From a virus (taxonomy: Duplodnaviria > Caudoviricetes): a stretch of 40,087 nt of DNA. The translations under genes and the position numbers were made by a program. Below, one piece after another: positions 9,192 to 16,425 of this stretch. Within the stretch, counting starts at the first letter, position 1; each line of letters opens with the position of its first letter. Under the pieces are notes generated by a model. The model saw only the letters and a program-made list of their open reading frames with translations, was not told the origin of the DNA and ran no database searches. The DNA lies in IMG/VR virus record IMGVR_UViG_3300043171_000118, positions 1 through 40,087 of that record, one strand, 5' to 3'.

Positions 9192-9483
9192 TTGGTAGCT
9201 CCTTAGCTTCGATGCCTTTATAATGCTCTGGAAAATCTTTAAACCACTCTTCTAACTCCCCTGCTCCAATACCATCATATTCATAGAAATCTTGCGGAGT
9301 TTTTGTAAGAACTTTTTTACACCAATCACAATAATAACATGTAATAACTGTACCATCCTCAAAAGTGGTTACTCTTTCAACTGTTGATGCATAAGGTATC
9401 GTATCACAACAACCCCAACACATATGAACTTTGCGTGTTTTGACTTTCTTTGAAAATGTATTACTCACTCTCACCACCTCCAT
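9184..9483 (-). CDS. Zinc-binding hypothetical protein (start possibly GTG 9468)
   Basis: KTRKVHMCWGC...CDWC motifs. Confidence 0.65.
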   Translation of the reverse strand: MEVVRVSNTFSKKVKTRKVHMCWGCCDTIPYASTVERVTTFEDGTVITCYYCDWCKKVLTKTPQDFYEYDGIGAGELEEWFKDFPEHYKGIEAKELPSE

Positions 9484-10018
9484 TAAATTTATGCATACAC
9501 CTCAAGCTCACCCCCTCAACCTCATGACCTGCGAAGTGCTTGCAAGACTCATAATTTACACCACCAATGAACACCGCCTCTCCTTCACGCTTTGAGCAAT
9601 AAGTAGAAAAATCACGGAAGTCAGTATATTTTTTATTTGGCCTCAACTCATACTCCACAATATCATACTCAGCAACGGGGGCAGGTGGTTCGGTGGGCCT
9701 AGATAATACTTTTATCAAGGCTTGCATATACCTGACCACATCATCGGCAGGCCTATTGCATAGCGTCTTCAATAGTACTCCAATCTCTTTTTTGATATAT
9801 CTGTAATCATAATTAACTACATCTTGACACACCTGATCCTTATCATCTTCCTCAAACAGGCTCTTGATTTCTGGGTGGTTGATGAGGTCGTCACGCATAC
9901 ACTCAAATTCACCGCTTTCTAAACCGCAATGATGGTGATTTTCATCTAGTATGTCTTTGTGCTTATCAAACATTTCGTCAAGTATCTCTATCATTCGTTC
10001 TGATGTGATTTTACTCAT
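9461..10018 (-). CDS. Tandem paralogue A, modular Cys-rich protein
   Basis: Shares MSKITxERMxEIL, NHPEIK, EPPAPVAEY and FAGHEVEG..RC.HKFN blocks with 10015-10578. Confidence 0.75.
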   Translation of the reverse strand: MSKITSERMIEILDEMFDKHKDILDENHHHCGLESGEFECMRDDLINHPEIKSLFEEDDKDQVCQDVVNYDYRYIKKEIGVLLKTLCNRPADDVVRYMQALIKVLSRPTEPPAPVAEYDIVEYELRPNKKYTDFRDFSTYCSKREGEAVFIGGVNYESCKHFAGHEVEGVSLRCMHKFNGGGESE

Positions 10019-10578
10019 CCCTCGCCTCCTTCATTAAATTTATGCTTACACCGTATACTCTTCCCCTCAACCTCATGACCTGCGAAGTTTTGTTTGCCAT
10101 TGGTTTTGCAATGTAATTCACAAAACATACAACCTACAGCGCAGTCTCCAATATATTCACACACCGGATCGCCAGTTTCTAGCGCCGTCTGCTGAACCTC
10201 AAATATCTCATACTCAGCAACGGGGGCAGGTGGTTCTATCGTTTTGCTGACGTCGGTCAAGAGTTCGGTAGGCCATATTAAGGGCGCCCCACAATTACCC
10301 ATGCCACAAGCTACATTATCTTTACACAATGAAAACTCACCACAAACAGGGCATCTATATTTATTAAGAGTGCTATCGTACTGATCTAAATCTACCTTGT
10401 TGTAAACGTCTGAATACAAACAATGTTCTACTTCTTCACACTCAAGCAGCCCTTTGATTTCGGGGTGGTTGACAATAGTACCCGTTACAGCATCACAGTC
10501 GTATGAGTCTAATACGGTATCATCTCTCAGTATTGCGCTTAGTATCTCTCGCATTCGTTCTGCAGTAATCTTACTCAT
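10015..10578 (-). CDS. Tandem paralogue B, modular Cys-rich protein
   Basis: Same blocks as paralogue A plus an internal CPVCG...C...CG ribbon. Confidence 0.75.
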   Translation of the reverse strand: MSKITAERMREILSAILRDDTVLDSYDCDAVTGTIVNHPEIKGLLECEEVEHCLYSDVYNKVDLDQYDSTLNKYRCPVCGEFSLCKDNVACGMGNCGAPLIWPTELLTDVSKTIEPPAPVAEYEIFEVQQTALETGDPVCEYIGDCAVGCMFCELHCKTNGKQNFAGHEVEGKSIRCKHKFNEGGEG

Positions 10579-10820
10579 GATTTCACCCCCATATACTTAT
10601 TCTTGAGCCAGTACTCGAATAGCTTTTTGCCTTCACCATTCCCAACATTAAATAAACATATTGAGCACTTCAACTCTTGCCGACAATCTGCTTTATGATT
10701 TGTACATCCTGAGCCTCGATTTTGCGTCAACTCCTTATGCAGCAGGTCTACTTTAGCCGCTCCGTACATATTCGCAGGAACCCGCTTCTCCCTTAACTTC
10801 TTTTCCATGGATTTGTTCAT
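10575..10820 (-). CDS. Hypothetical Cys-containing protein
   Basis: Coupled ORF with GAGG RBS. Confidence 0.6.
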   Translation of the reverse strand: MNKSMEKKLREKRVPANMYGAAKVDLLHKELTQNRGSGCTNHKADCRQELKCSICLFNVGNGEGKKLFEYWLKNKYMGVKS

Positions 10821-11146
10821 TAGTCTACCTCGCTATTATAAATAGGTATACTGTGTTTCTCTCTTTCTGCATCTGTTGGAGGTCTCTCAAAGTCGCAATC
10901 AGAGCAAGACATATGAGTCGCCCATTTTGGTATCGTTCTACTTGGAGTTAATTTGTGTTCACCATCATTTAAGCAATCAGCCTTTCTGCCATCGTATGAA
11001 AACATTATTGTCGTGAAGAAAACAAAGTTTTTATCACATCCTCCGCATACTTCTTCATGAGCCTTATCCTCTTCATAGGCAAAGCCATCATCATGACACA
11101 CGTCCTGTTGGTGTCCACAATAAGGACATTCAATATCTTTACTCAT
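10820..11146 (-). CDS. Zn-ribbon hypothetical protein
   Basis: ECPYCG...CGGC and C...H...CSDC motifs. Confidence 0.7.
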   Translation of the reverse strand: MSKDIECPYCGHQQDVCHDDGFAYEEDKAHEEVCGGCDKNFVFFTTIMFSYDGRKADCLNDGEHKLTPSRTIPKWATHMSCSDCDFERPPTDAEREKHSIPIYNSEVD

Positions 11147-11232
11147 AATTTACCAGTTCCAAAAATAGACGCACCGCTGAACTGGTAGGGAAAGCGTGAT
11201 CTTAGTCCAAAGCGTCTATTATAAAATTTCAT
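11143..11232 (-). CDS. Possible 29-aa leader peptide (MKFYNRRFGLRSRFPYQFSGASIFGTGKL)
   Basis: Runs through the structured RNA; its TGA overlaps the ATG of 10820-11146. Confidence 0.35.
   Translation of the reverse strand: MKFYNRRFGLRSRFPYQFSGASIFGTGKL
11164..11220 (-). ncRNA. Putative C4/CI-like antisense structured RNA 1
   Basis: 9-bp closing stem AATAGACGC/GCGTCTATT; inner hairpin CGCT-[TTCCCTACCAGTTC]-AGCG with loop complementary to GAACTGGTA sites within 11238-11247 and 11150-11159. Confidence 0.65.
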
Positions 11233-11254
11233 TTGAATTACCAGTTCGTTTTTA

Positions 11255-11283
11255 AATCTACTATACATTTGAAATTATTGCAA
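11255..11283 (-). promoter_or_regulatory. sigma70-like promoter
   Basis: TTGCAA-17 bp-TAGATT. Confidence 0.6.
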
Positions 11284-11412
11284 GCTATTTTTTGCAACCC
11301 CAATATAAACCAACAACCCAACCCCAGCAAGAAAGGCCGCCCCGACAATGACAACTGTTCTAAATGCCGCTCGTAGTAGTTCTGGTGCGGCTTGTGAATT
11401 ATTATTTTTCAC
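11275..11412 (-). CDS. Small single-pass membrane protein (45 aa)
   Basis: GTG start; hydrophobic VVIVGAAFLAGVGLLVYIGV; read manually. Confidence 0.45.
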   Translation of the reverse strand: MKNNNSQAAPELLRAAFRTVVIVGAAFLAGVGLLVYIGVAKNSLQ

Positions 11413-11413
11413 T

Positions 11414-11773
11414 CTATTCATCCTTTAGCTCAGGGTTCTGATGTATATTGCCTACAATGTGCTCAACATCGTCACTGTTTCCTGTTTTATAAGCGTCCCA
11501 GATGTCGTAACCAGAATCATCTACTATACAATTGCCATGGCCAGCTATATAAACAACATCACCTCCATAAATCGGGATGTTGTTTTTATTTTCTAACCCT
11601 ATGTAACGGCCTATTGTACCCTCATCAACTTCAATAAAACTACTATCTGATCCAAATGTTTCACCATCTTCAAGTATTGTCATTGCACCTGACCCGTACC
11701 ACCACCTCCTAACAGGAACGCCATATACCCACTTGCCTTCATTTGTTAATCCTCTAAATTTTATATCACTCAT
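11414..11773 (-). CDS. YopX family protein
   Basis: IKFRG....WVYG, TIGRYIGLENKN..IYGGDV and VGNIHQNPEL motifs. Confidence 0.85.
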   Translation of the reverse strand: MSDIKFRGLTNEGKWVYGVPVRRWWYGSGAMTILEDGETFGSDSSFIEVDEGTIGRYIGLENKNNIPIYGGDVVYIAGHGNCIVDDSGYDIWDAYKTGNSDDVEHIVGNIHQNPELKDE

Positions 11774-12024
11774 CCCTTCCCACCCCCTCTCCCAAGCAAA
11801 CAATTCCGCCCAGCATAATCAGTTAATTTAATAAGCTCATCCACAGAATACAAATGAGGCTTACTGTTTTTCTTCAATTTAAACCGCCCTGAGCTGTCTT
11901 TGCGTATTTCCACATTAGAGCCAAAGTTTGAGCGATATACCTTCTTGCTAGTCCTGCAAAATGAGTAGTTTGGGTGTTCTCGTAGGATTATGCGATTTCT
12001 GTGTTCTGGGTTAGTTTTTTTCAT
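11770..12024 (-). CDS. NUMOD4-like small DNA-binding protein (no HNH)
   Basis: Basic ORF loosely matching NUMOD4 (HPNYSF...KVYRS...LKKNSK..YSVDELI). Confidence 0.4.
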   Translation of the reverse strand: MKKTNPEHRNRIILREHPNYSFCRTSKKVYRSNFGSNVEIRKDSSGRFKLKKNSKPHLYSVDELIKLTDYAGRNCLLGRGGGKG

Positions 12025-12220
12025 TCGATTTTTTCTCCCAGTGTTTAACAAATTCGGTTCTCATTAATTCGCCATATTCTATAGCTTGATCTCTTGTTAA
12101 CTGACCAACTGGAAGCTCTTCTGACTGTTTGAACCCATCTTGCCTTAAGCCTGTACCGCTCGATTCAAAGGTTAAAAAGTTTGGCATTCTAGGCGGGTTT
12201 AATTTTTTACTTATATTCAT
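12011..12220 (-). CDS. Hypothetical protein
   Basis: 69-aa ORF in the operon. Confidence 0.6.
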   Translation of the reverse strand: MNISKKLNPPRMPNFLTFESSGTGLRQDGFKQSEELPVGQLTRDQAIEYGELMRTEFVKHWEKKSNEKN

Positions 12221-12267
12221 CCTAAACTTCCCCTTCTGGAATAACTTTAATTAATATCTCTATAGTC

Positions 12268-12462
12268 TTATTTTTCATTCTGTTGATCCTTTTGCTCACA
12301 TGGGAGCGATATTATCGTATAACCCTCTTTGGTTGCTATTGAAAAAAATCCAAAATCAAACCTTGTTCCAGTTGTAAATCTTGGGTGGTCTGATTGTATT
12401 ACACGCATAGCTATTTCATATCCGTATTTTTCTTCTGGAACCCATTTAACTATTATATTCAT
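12268..12462 (-). CDS. Hypothetical protein bounded by 20-bp direct repeats
   Basis: Likely start MNIIVKW at 12462 (ATGA coupling). Confidence 0.6.
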   Translation of the reverse strand: MNIIVKWVPEEKYGYEIAMRVIQSDHPRFTTGTRFDFGFFSIATKEGYTIISLPCEQKDQQNEK

Positions 12463-12477
12463 TCTGTTGATCCTTTT
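12274..12477. repeat. 20-bp direct repeat TTCATTCTGTTGATCCTTTT (12274-12293, 12458-12477)
   Basis: Exact match at both ends of one gene. Confidence 0.9.
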
Positions 12478-12608
12478 TGGTTGATTTGATCTTCCTGTTC
12501 TTCGCAATCTTCGCAATATCTTGGCACACCCTCTGATTCGCCCTCAATATATACCCCACATTCGGCGCAAAAATCACCATTCAATATTGCCTCTGCCATT
12601 TCGCCCAT
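12459..12608 (-). CDS. Small Zn-binding protein (49 aa, MGEMAEAILNGDFCAECG...PRYCEDC)
   Basis: Read manually; two CxxC motifs; GAGGA RBS. Confidence 0.7.
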   Translation of the reverse strand: MGEMAEAILNGDFCAECGVYIEGESEGVPRYCEDCEEQEDQINQKGSTE

Positions 12609-12612
12609 TATA

Positions 12613-12915
12613 TTATTCCTCTTTAATTGTTATTGAATGCCTGTCACAATCTATCGGGAGTTTCCATCGGTCTTTTTGTCTTCGCTCAACTAAGCCTCTA
12701 TATAATTTATCGTCTGATTTAGCCATATCTGAGTATGTGTCTATATCGTCTATTATCTGCCATAGCTTTTCAATTATTTCTTCTTTACTCATAGTGCCAA
12801 CCTTTTTAATTGATTTTGTGAAATTGTTTATTTTATCCATTGAATCTTGAGATATTTCTCCATTACCACCACTTGCTAATATTCCGTTTTTGTTACATGA
12901 TTTCTTCATCTTCAC
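12613..12915 (-). CDS. Hypothetical protein
   Basis: ORF in the operon; start uncertain. Confidence 0.5.
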   Translation of the reverse strand: MKMKKSCNKNGILASGGNGEISQDSMDKINNFTKSIKKVGTMSKEEIIEKLWQIIDDIDTYSDMAKSDDKLYRGLVERRQKDRWKLPIDCDRHSITIKEE

Positions 12916-13060
12916 CCTTTTCTGTTTCTTTATATAATTCTCTTGATAGTATCGATAAACACCCTACTGCTTCACAATATGTTATGCTATAAGTTTCTCT
13001 GTATCTATCCAATACCTCGTTAAGGTCTTCCATCATGTTTTCTACTATCGGTCTACTCAT
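12893..13060 (-). CDS. Hypothetical protein
   Basis: Likely start MSRPIVE after GAGG. Confidence 0.6.
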   Translation of the reverse strand: MSRPIVENMMEDLNEVLDRYRETYSITYCEAVGCLSILSRELYKETEKGEDEEIM

Positions 13061-13105
13061 ATCCTCATTCCTTCCCCTCACCTATCTGGTTATTGTTGTA
13101 TTCTG

Positions 13106-13528
13106 CTATAAATCGTTTATTCTCTTCGGTTGATTCTTTTCGTTGGCAATTCGGTTTATGTTGTTTATCTTTATCGCTATTTTCTCAGCGACATAGTTTT
13201 TTTCTTTTCCGAAATGCCCCTCAATTCCAAGTGGACAATCCTCAAAGAGCTCAACGTGATCATGTAATACATCGCTAATTGCCTTTATCATCTTCTCTTT
13301 ACGCACTTCATTCACGGCCTCACTTGATTTGCGTGTGTTCTGTTGTTCAATCATTTTTTCTTTATTTGTACTGTGATGCTGTGTAAATTTATTACGAATA
13401 AAACACCCTATGTAATGACCATTTACAGTGTAACTTTCACATATTAGCGTCCCTTCTTTTGCTGGGTGTGTTATGGCACATAGCGGGGCTCCACAATAAG
13501 GGCAATCCTTTAATTTCTCTTCACTCAT
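13106..13528 (-). CDS. Lar-like zinc-ribbon protein with C-terminal extension
   Basis: LKDCPYCG...NTR pattern. Confidence 0.55.
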   Translation of the reverse strand: MSEEKLKDCPYCGAPLCAITHPAKEGTLICESYTVNGHYIGCFIRNKFTQHHSTNKEKMIEQQNTRKSSEAVNEVRKEKMIKAISDVLHDHVELFEDCPLGIEGHFGKEKNYVAEKIAIKINNINRIANEKNQPKRINDL

Positions 13529-13737
13529 CCTTCATCCTTTTTCTCTTTTCTTGGTTGACGTATCAAAACAATAGCACCACTGAATTTATCTGAATATGAA
13601 CTCCATACTCTACACCAATGCGTTGATCCCATATTATCATGAGCCTTTCCGTACTTCTGGAATAAATACACTACAACCCCAAGTGGAATGCAACTCCAAA
13701 ATATACGCCTAGCTTTATTGTTCAATGGTTCATTCAT
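13525..13737 (-). CDS. Hypothetical protein
   Basis: Likely start MNEPLN after AAGGA. Confidence 0.55.
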   Translation of the reverse strand: MNEPLNNKARRIFWSCIPLGVVVYLFQKYGKAHDNMGSTHWCRVWSSYSDKFSGAIVLIRQPRKEKKDEG

Positions 13738-13779
13738 ACTATTCCTTTCCCTCACCTATCTGGTTATTGTTGTATTCTG

Positions 13780-14301
13780 CTATAAATCGTTTATTCTCTT
13801 CTTCAAATCATCAAGCTCTTTTTTGTACATTTCAGCTTTATTTCTCCATTTTATGATATTCTTTTTAAGTGTGTATATTCGCTTAACGCCCAGTCTATTG
13901 AATAAGAATATTTCATCTTTGGTTAGCTTTGCGGCATCCTTGCTTGTTACAGGGTTTTTAACGCAGTAAACTCCACCATCTTCACGGACAAAAAGCAATC
14001 CAGCTCTATCTGGAATCATATACAATTCTGTTTCTTTGCATATTAAATTTTCTGGAACTGCAAAATAAAAGTCTTTAATTCTGAAATCTTCATGTGTGTG
14101 CTTTTTCTTTTTCTCATTTTTCAAATCAGCTCTAGATATTTTTATTTCTATTTCCGTCATATAACCAGCATTGGTAACGACAAGCAAATCACACTCATGT
14201 ATACAGAATCCATGATTTATATTTGGTACTATTGATTTTTGAGTAAAATCAAAATATCTCATTAAAGCAACTTCAAGCTCTATAGTAGTTTTGTAATTCA
14301 T
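13780..14301 (-). CDS. MmcB-like PD-(D/E)XK nuclease-fold protein
   Basis: ECDLLVV...EIEIKISRADLK...FYFAVP...AGLL. Confidence 0.7.
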   Translation of the reverse strand: MNYKTTIELEVALMRYFDFTQKSIVPNINHGFCIHECDLLVVTNAGYMTEIEIKISRADLKNEKKKKHTHEDFRIKDFYFAVPENLICKETELYMIPDRAGLLFVREDGGVYCVKNPVTSKDAAKLTKDEIFLFNRLGVKRIYTLKKNIIKWRNKAEMYKKELDDLKKRINDL

Positions 14302-15086
14302 TATTTAAACACTCCCATTTCTTCCATTTCTTTGACTTTTGCGGCATCTCTAAGCCTTCTTTCTTCAACCGTTGACTCTTTATCGGGGTTAACGTGAATA
14401 GAGGGCTTGACATCGCTCTTACTGGAATTAAAGTTACTGTTAGCCCATCTTGAAAGCCTTAGCTGTAAACTCCAAGTTTTTTCAGACTCAAAACGCATTT
14501 TGCTGTTAGATTTATTCGGCTCTCTCCAATAGTCGTAGAAATCTCTTATAGTTTCTTTTGAGTATTCAGAAATAAAAACTTTTAAGGATTCATAAAAAGC
14601 GAGCTCACGAGCCAATAACTTCTCTTCTTTACTATTCTCTTCTGTTCTCTCCTCTCCTTTACTCTCCTCTCCTTTACTCTCCTCTGCTTGATTTTGCTTA
14701 GCATTTGCTTCCGTTTTGCTAGGCTTTTGCTTAGCATTTGCTTTAGCTTTGCCACCTTTTCGGCCAAATTCGACTCTTTTGGCCTTTATTTCATCGAGCT
14801 TATTCATTCTATCAGCCAATGATTTGGAGAAAAACTTGTCACCATCAATGGCAAAAAGAGAGAAATCCTCTACAACAGACTTTAAGACTTTTTCATCAGC
14901 CCTAGCGCTAAATGCTAATCTCTTGTAATTTGTTTCTAATTGGTATTCATCGGCAGATGCCAATAATTCTATCAGATACCAGAAAACACCATAACCCAAT
15001 AAACCATGAGACATTAATAGATCGACTATTTTCTCATCGTTATGTGCGTTAAAATCGTGTTTAAAATAATATGTGTGCTTTGCCAT
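14301..15086 (-). CDS. Replication initiator (DUF4373 / Lin1244-like N-terminal domain)
   Basis: YFKHDFNAHNDEKI..L....G..GYGVFWYLIELL; low-complexity linker; C-terminal FYDYW.E...KMRFE.EKTW....RL.RW. Confidence 0.8.
   Translation of the reverse strand: MAKHTYYFKHDFNAHNDEKIVDLLMSHGLLGYGVFWYLIELLASADEYQLETNYKRLAFSARADEKVLKSVVEDFSLFAIDGDKFFSKSLADRMNKLDEIKAKRVEFGRKGGKAKANAKQKPSKTEANAKQNQAEESKGEESKGEERTEENSKEEKLLARELAFYESLKVFISEYSKETIRDFYDYWREPNKSNSKMRFESEKTWSLQLRLSRWANSNFNSSKSDVKPSIHVNPDKESTVEERRLRDAAKVKEMEEMGVFK
14647..14753. promoter_or_regulatory. Putative replication origin (iterons) inside the initiator gene
   Basis: NTTTGC(T/C) every 11 bp at 14692-14747, including a 19-bp exact repeat; adjacent 15-bp tandem ACTCTCCTCTCCTTT. 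Confidence 0.55.
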
Positions 15087-15127
15087 TCACTTTGACTCCT
15101 AATCTAAATAACCTAATCCAACAAAAA

Positions 15128-15190
15128 ATATACGGCAACCCGATTAGGAAGAGCTGTCCACAAAGAGCAACCAATGTGTAAGCCGTACAT
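15128..15190 (-). ncRNA. Putative C4/CI-like antisense structured RNA 2
   Basis: Closing stem ATGTACGGC/GCCGTATAT then T-run; inner hairpin AGCTC-[TTCCTAATC]-GGGTT with loop complementary to GATTAGG (15112-15118) and GATTAGGAG (15096-15104, initiator RBS). Confidence 0.6.
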
Positions 15191-15193
15191 GAA

Positions 15194-15222
15194 TAGCTAC
15201 CTTTTTCCCTATTCCTTGTCAA
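15194..15222 (-). promoter_or_regulatory. sigma70-like promoter
   Basis: TTGACA-17 bp-TAGCTA (imperfect -10). Confidence 0.5.
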
Positions 15223-15230
15223 TAGGTTTT

Positions 15231-15734
15231 TTAGTATGAGCCATTTAAAATGTATTTAGCTCTGTAGCAAAGGTTTGGAGTGAGGCCACAATAAGCATCA
15301 ACCAATAGGAAATTTTCTCTCTGCCAATACAACATATCTGAATCATCGTCAAATATCACATACTTTGGAGTACCACCTATTATCTTTGCGTTTTTATCCA
15401 TCCAGTTATATATCTCAACGCCTCTCAGTATTCTATACCCGTCTACATATATGCTAGGCGTTTTCCCAATAACTTCACCAATAAACCCTGCATCATTTAA
15501 TATGCTTTGTAGGTATTCGACATCTCTACCCTTTCTCCATGTGCTACTTATAACAACCTTTGCGGAGGTATCCTTAATTAGGCCGTTAAGCATCTCCACT
15601 CTAGTTTTATCAATGTTACACTGTGGTAGCCCGACCTCTTCATATCGTTCATCCTGCGACTTCTCCCTGTAGAACAACTCATGGTTTAGTACTCCATCAA
15701 TATCTAGGAATATTATCTTATCGTATTTACCCAC
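15231..15734 (-). CDS. HAD-family phosphatase (HAD_SAK_2-like)
   Basis: IIFLDIDGVLN, VVISSTWR, RG.EI and YVIFDDD motifs. Confidence 0.9.
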   Translation of the reverse strand: MGKYDKIIFLDIDGVLNHELFYREKSQDERYEEVGLPQCNIDKTRVEMLNGLIKDTSAKVVISSTWRKGRDVEYLQSILNDAGFIGEVIGKTPSIYVDGYRILRGVEIYNWMDKNAKIIGGTPKYVIFDDDSDMLYWQRENFLLVDAYCGLTPNLCYRAKYILNGSY

Positions 15735-15765
15735 TCTTACTCCTTTGCCCGCTGTGGGCTGTTAA

Positions 15766-15924
15766 TTATTCACTAATATCTCTAAAATCATTGCAGCAAG
15801 TATCGCAACATTTATTTATATCGTGACCTTTTGTGCAATACTCGTCTGAATCTTCGCCATTGAACTCAAATACATATCTAGCGCAGTTGGTTCCGCTTTG
15901 GCCGCATTCGCACTCTTCACTCAT
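15766..15924 (-). CDS. Cys-rich microprotein (52 aa)
   Basis: Read manually: MSEECECG...CCDTCC; ATGA coupling. Confidence 0.55.
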   Translation of the reverse strand: MSEECECGQSGTNCARYVFEFNGEDSDEYCTKGHDINKCCDTCCNDFRDISE

Positions 15925-16094
15925 ATCTCATCCTCACACTTACACTCAACAGTATTATCCCACCCAGAAAACGATTCAAAATGTCTGCAATCTTCGCACC
16001 CGATTGACCCAACCTTTTTATCTTCATAGAAAGGGCATTGAGTTGTAGAAACACCACCATCTTCATTTGGATTATATTTTATTGATTCACTCAT
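15921..16094 (-). CDS. Cys-rich microprotein (57 aa)
   Basis: Read manually: MSESIKY...CPF...VGSIGCEDCRHF...VEC; GGAGG RBS. Confidence 0.6.
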   Translation of the reverse strand: MSESIKYNPNEDGGVSTTQCPFYEDKKVGSIGCEDCRHFESFSGWDNTVECKCEDEI

Positions 16095-16153
16095 CTACTT
16101 CCTCCATTGTGGCTTACGAGCTTTACTTATCATATATGTATCGTTAGTTGTGT

Positions 16154-16324
16154 TCATTCCCATTCCTCATCATCGTGCATTGTCGTACCCATCAAGTCGC
16201 AAACGTCCATTGTTTCATCTTCATCAATATCTAAATCCATATCTTGCTCTCTCTCAAGCGCTTCCGCTTCTCTGGTTTCTTGTTTAGCTGTATTGTATTG
16301 TCTATTTGGGCGGCCTCGTGCCAT
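16154..16324 (-). CDS. Microprotein with basic N-terminus and very acidic C-terminus (56 aa)
   Basis: Read manually: MARGRPNR...DMDLDIDEDE...HDDEEWE. Confidence 0.55.
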   Translation of the reverse strand: MARGRPNRQYNTAKQETREAEALEREQDMDLDIDEDETMDVCDLMGTTMHDDEEWE

Positions 16325-16425
16325 AAATTACTCTCTTTTTAATCCGTTTATATTCCCAAAAATAAGCCACTGTGACGGGTTGAATTTCCTAGCCAGATCT
16401 CCTATTGTCACAGTGACCTATTTAT

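Larger units (their letters stand above)
13067..13801. repeat. 61-bp direct repeat (13067-13127 and 13741-13801, one mismatch) bracketing two genes
   Basis: attcctt(c/t)ccctcacctatctggttattgttgtattctgctataaatcgtttattctcttc. Confidence 0.95.

Noticed and set aside
9461-10578. Diversity-generating retroelement TR/VR pair
   Set aside because: No reverse transcriptase in the genome, differences are not adenine-specific, and both copies are intact genes
13067-13801. Insertion sequence or integron cassette
   Set aside because: No transposase or integrase, no terminal inverted repeats, and no attC-like palindrome
15113-15190. 25-codon leader ORF through structured RNA 2
   Set aside because: No RBS and not coupled to the initiator start; could easily be chance
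16365-16418. tRNA gene
   Set aside because: Too short; no cloverleaf, canonical T-loop or CCA end
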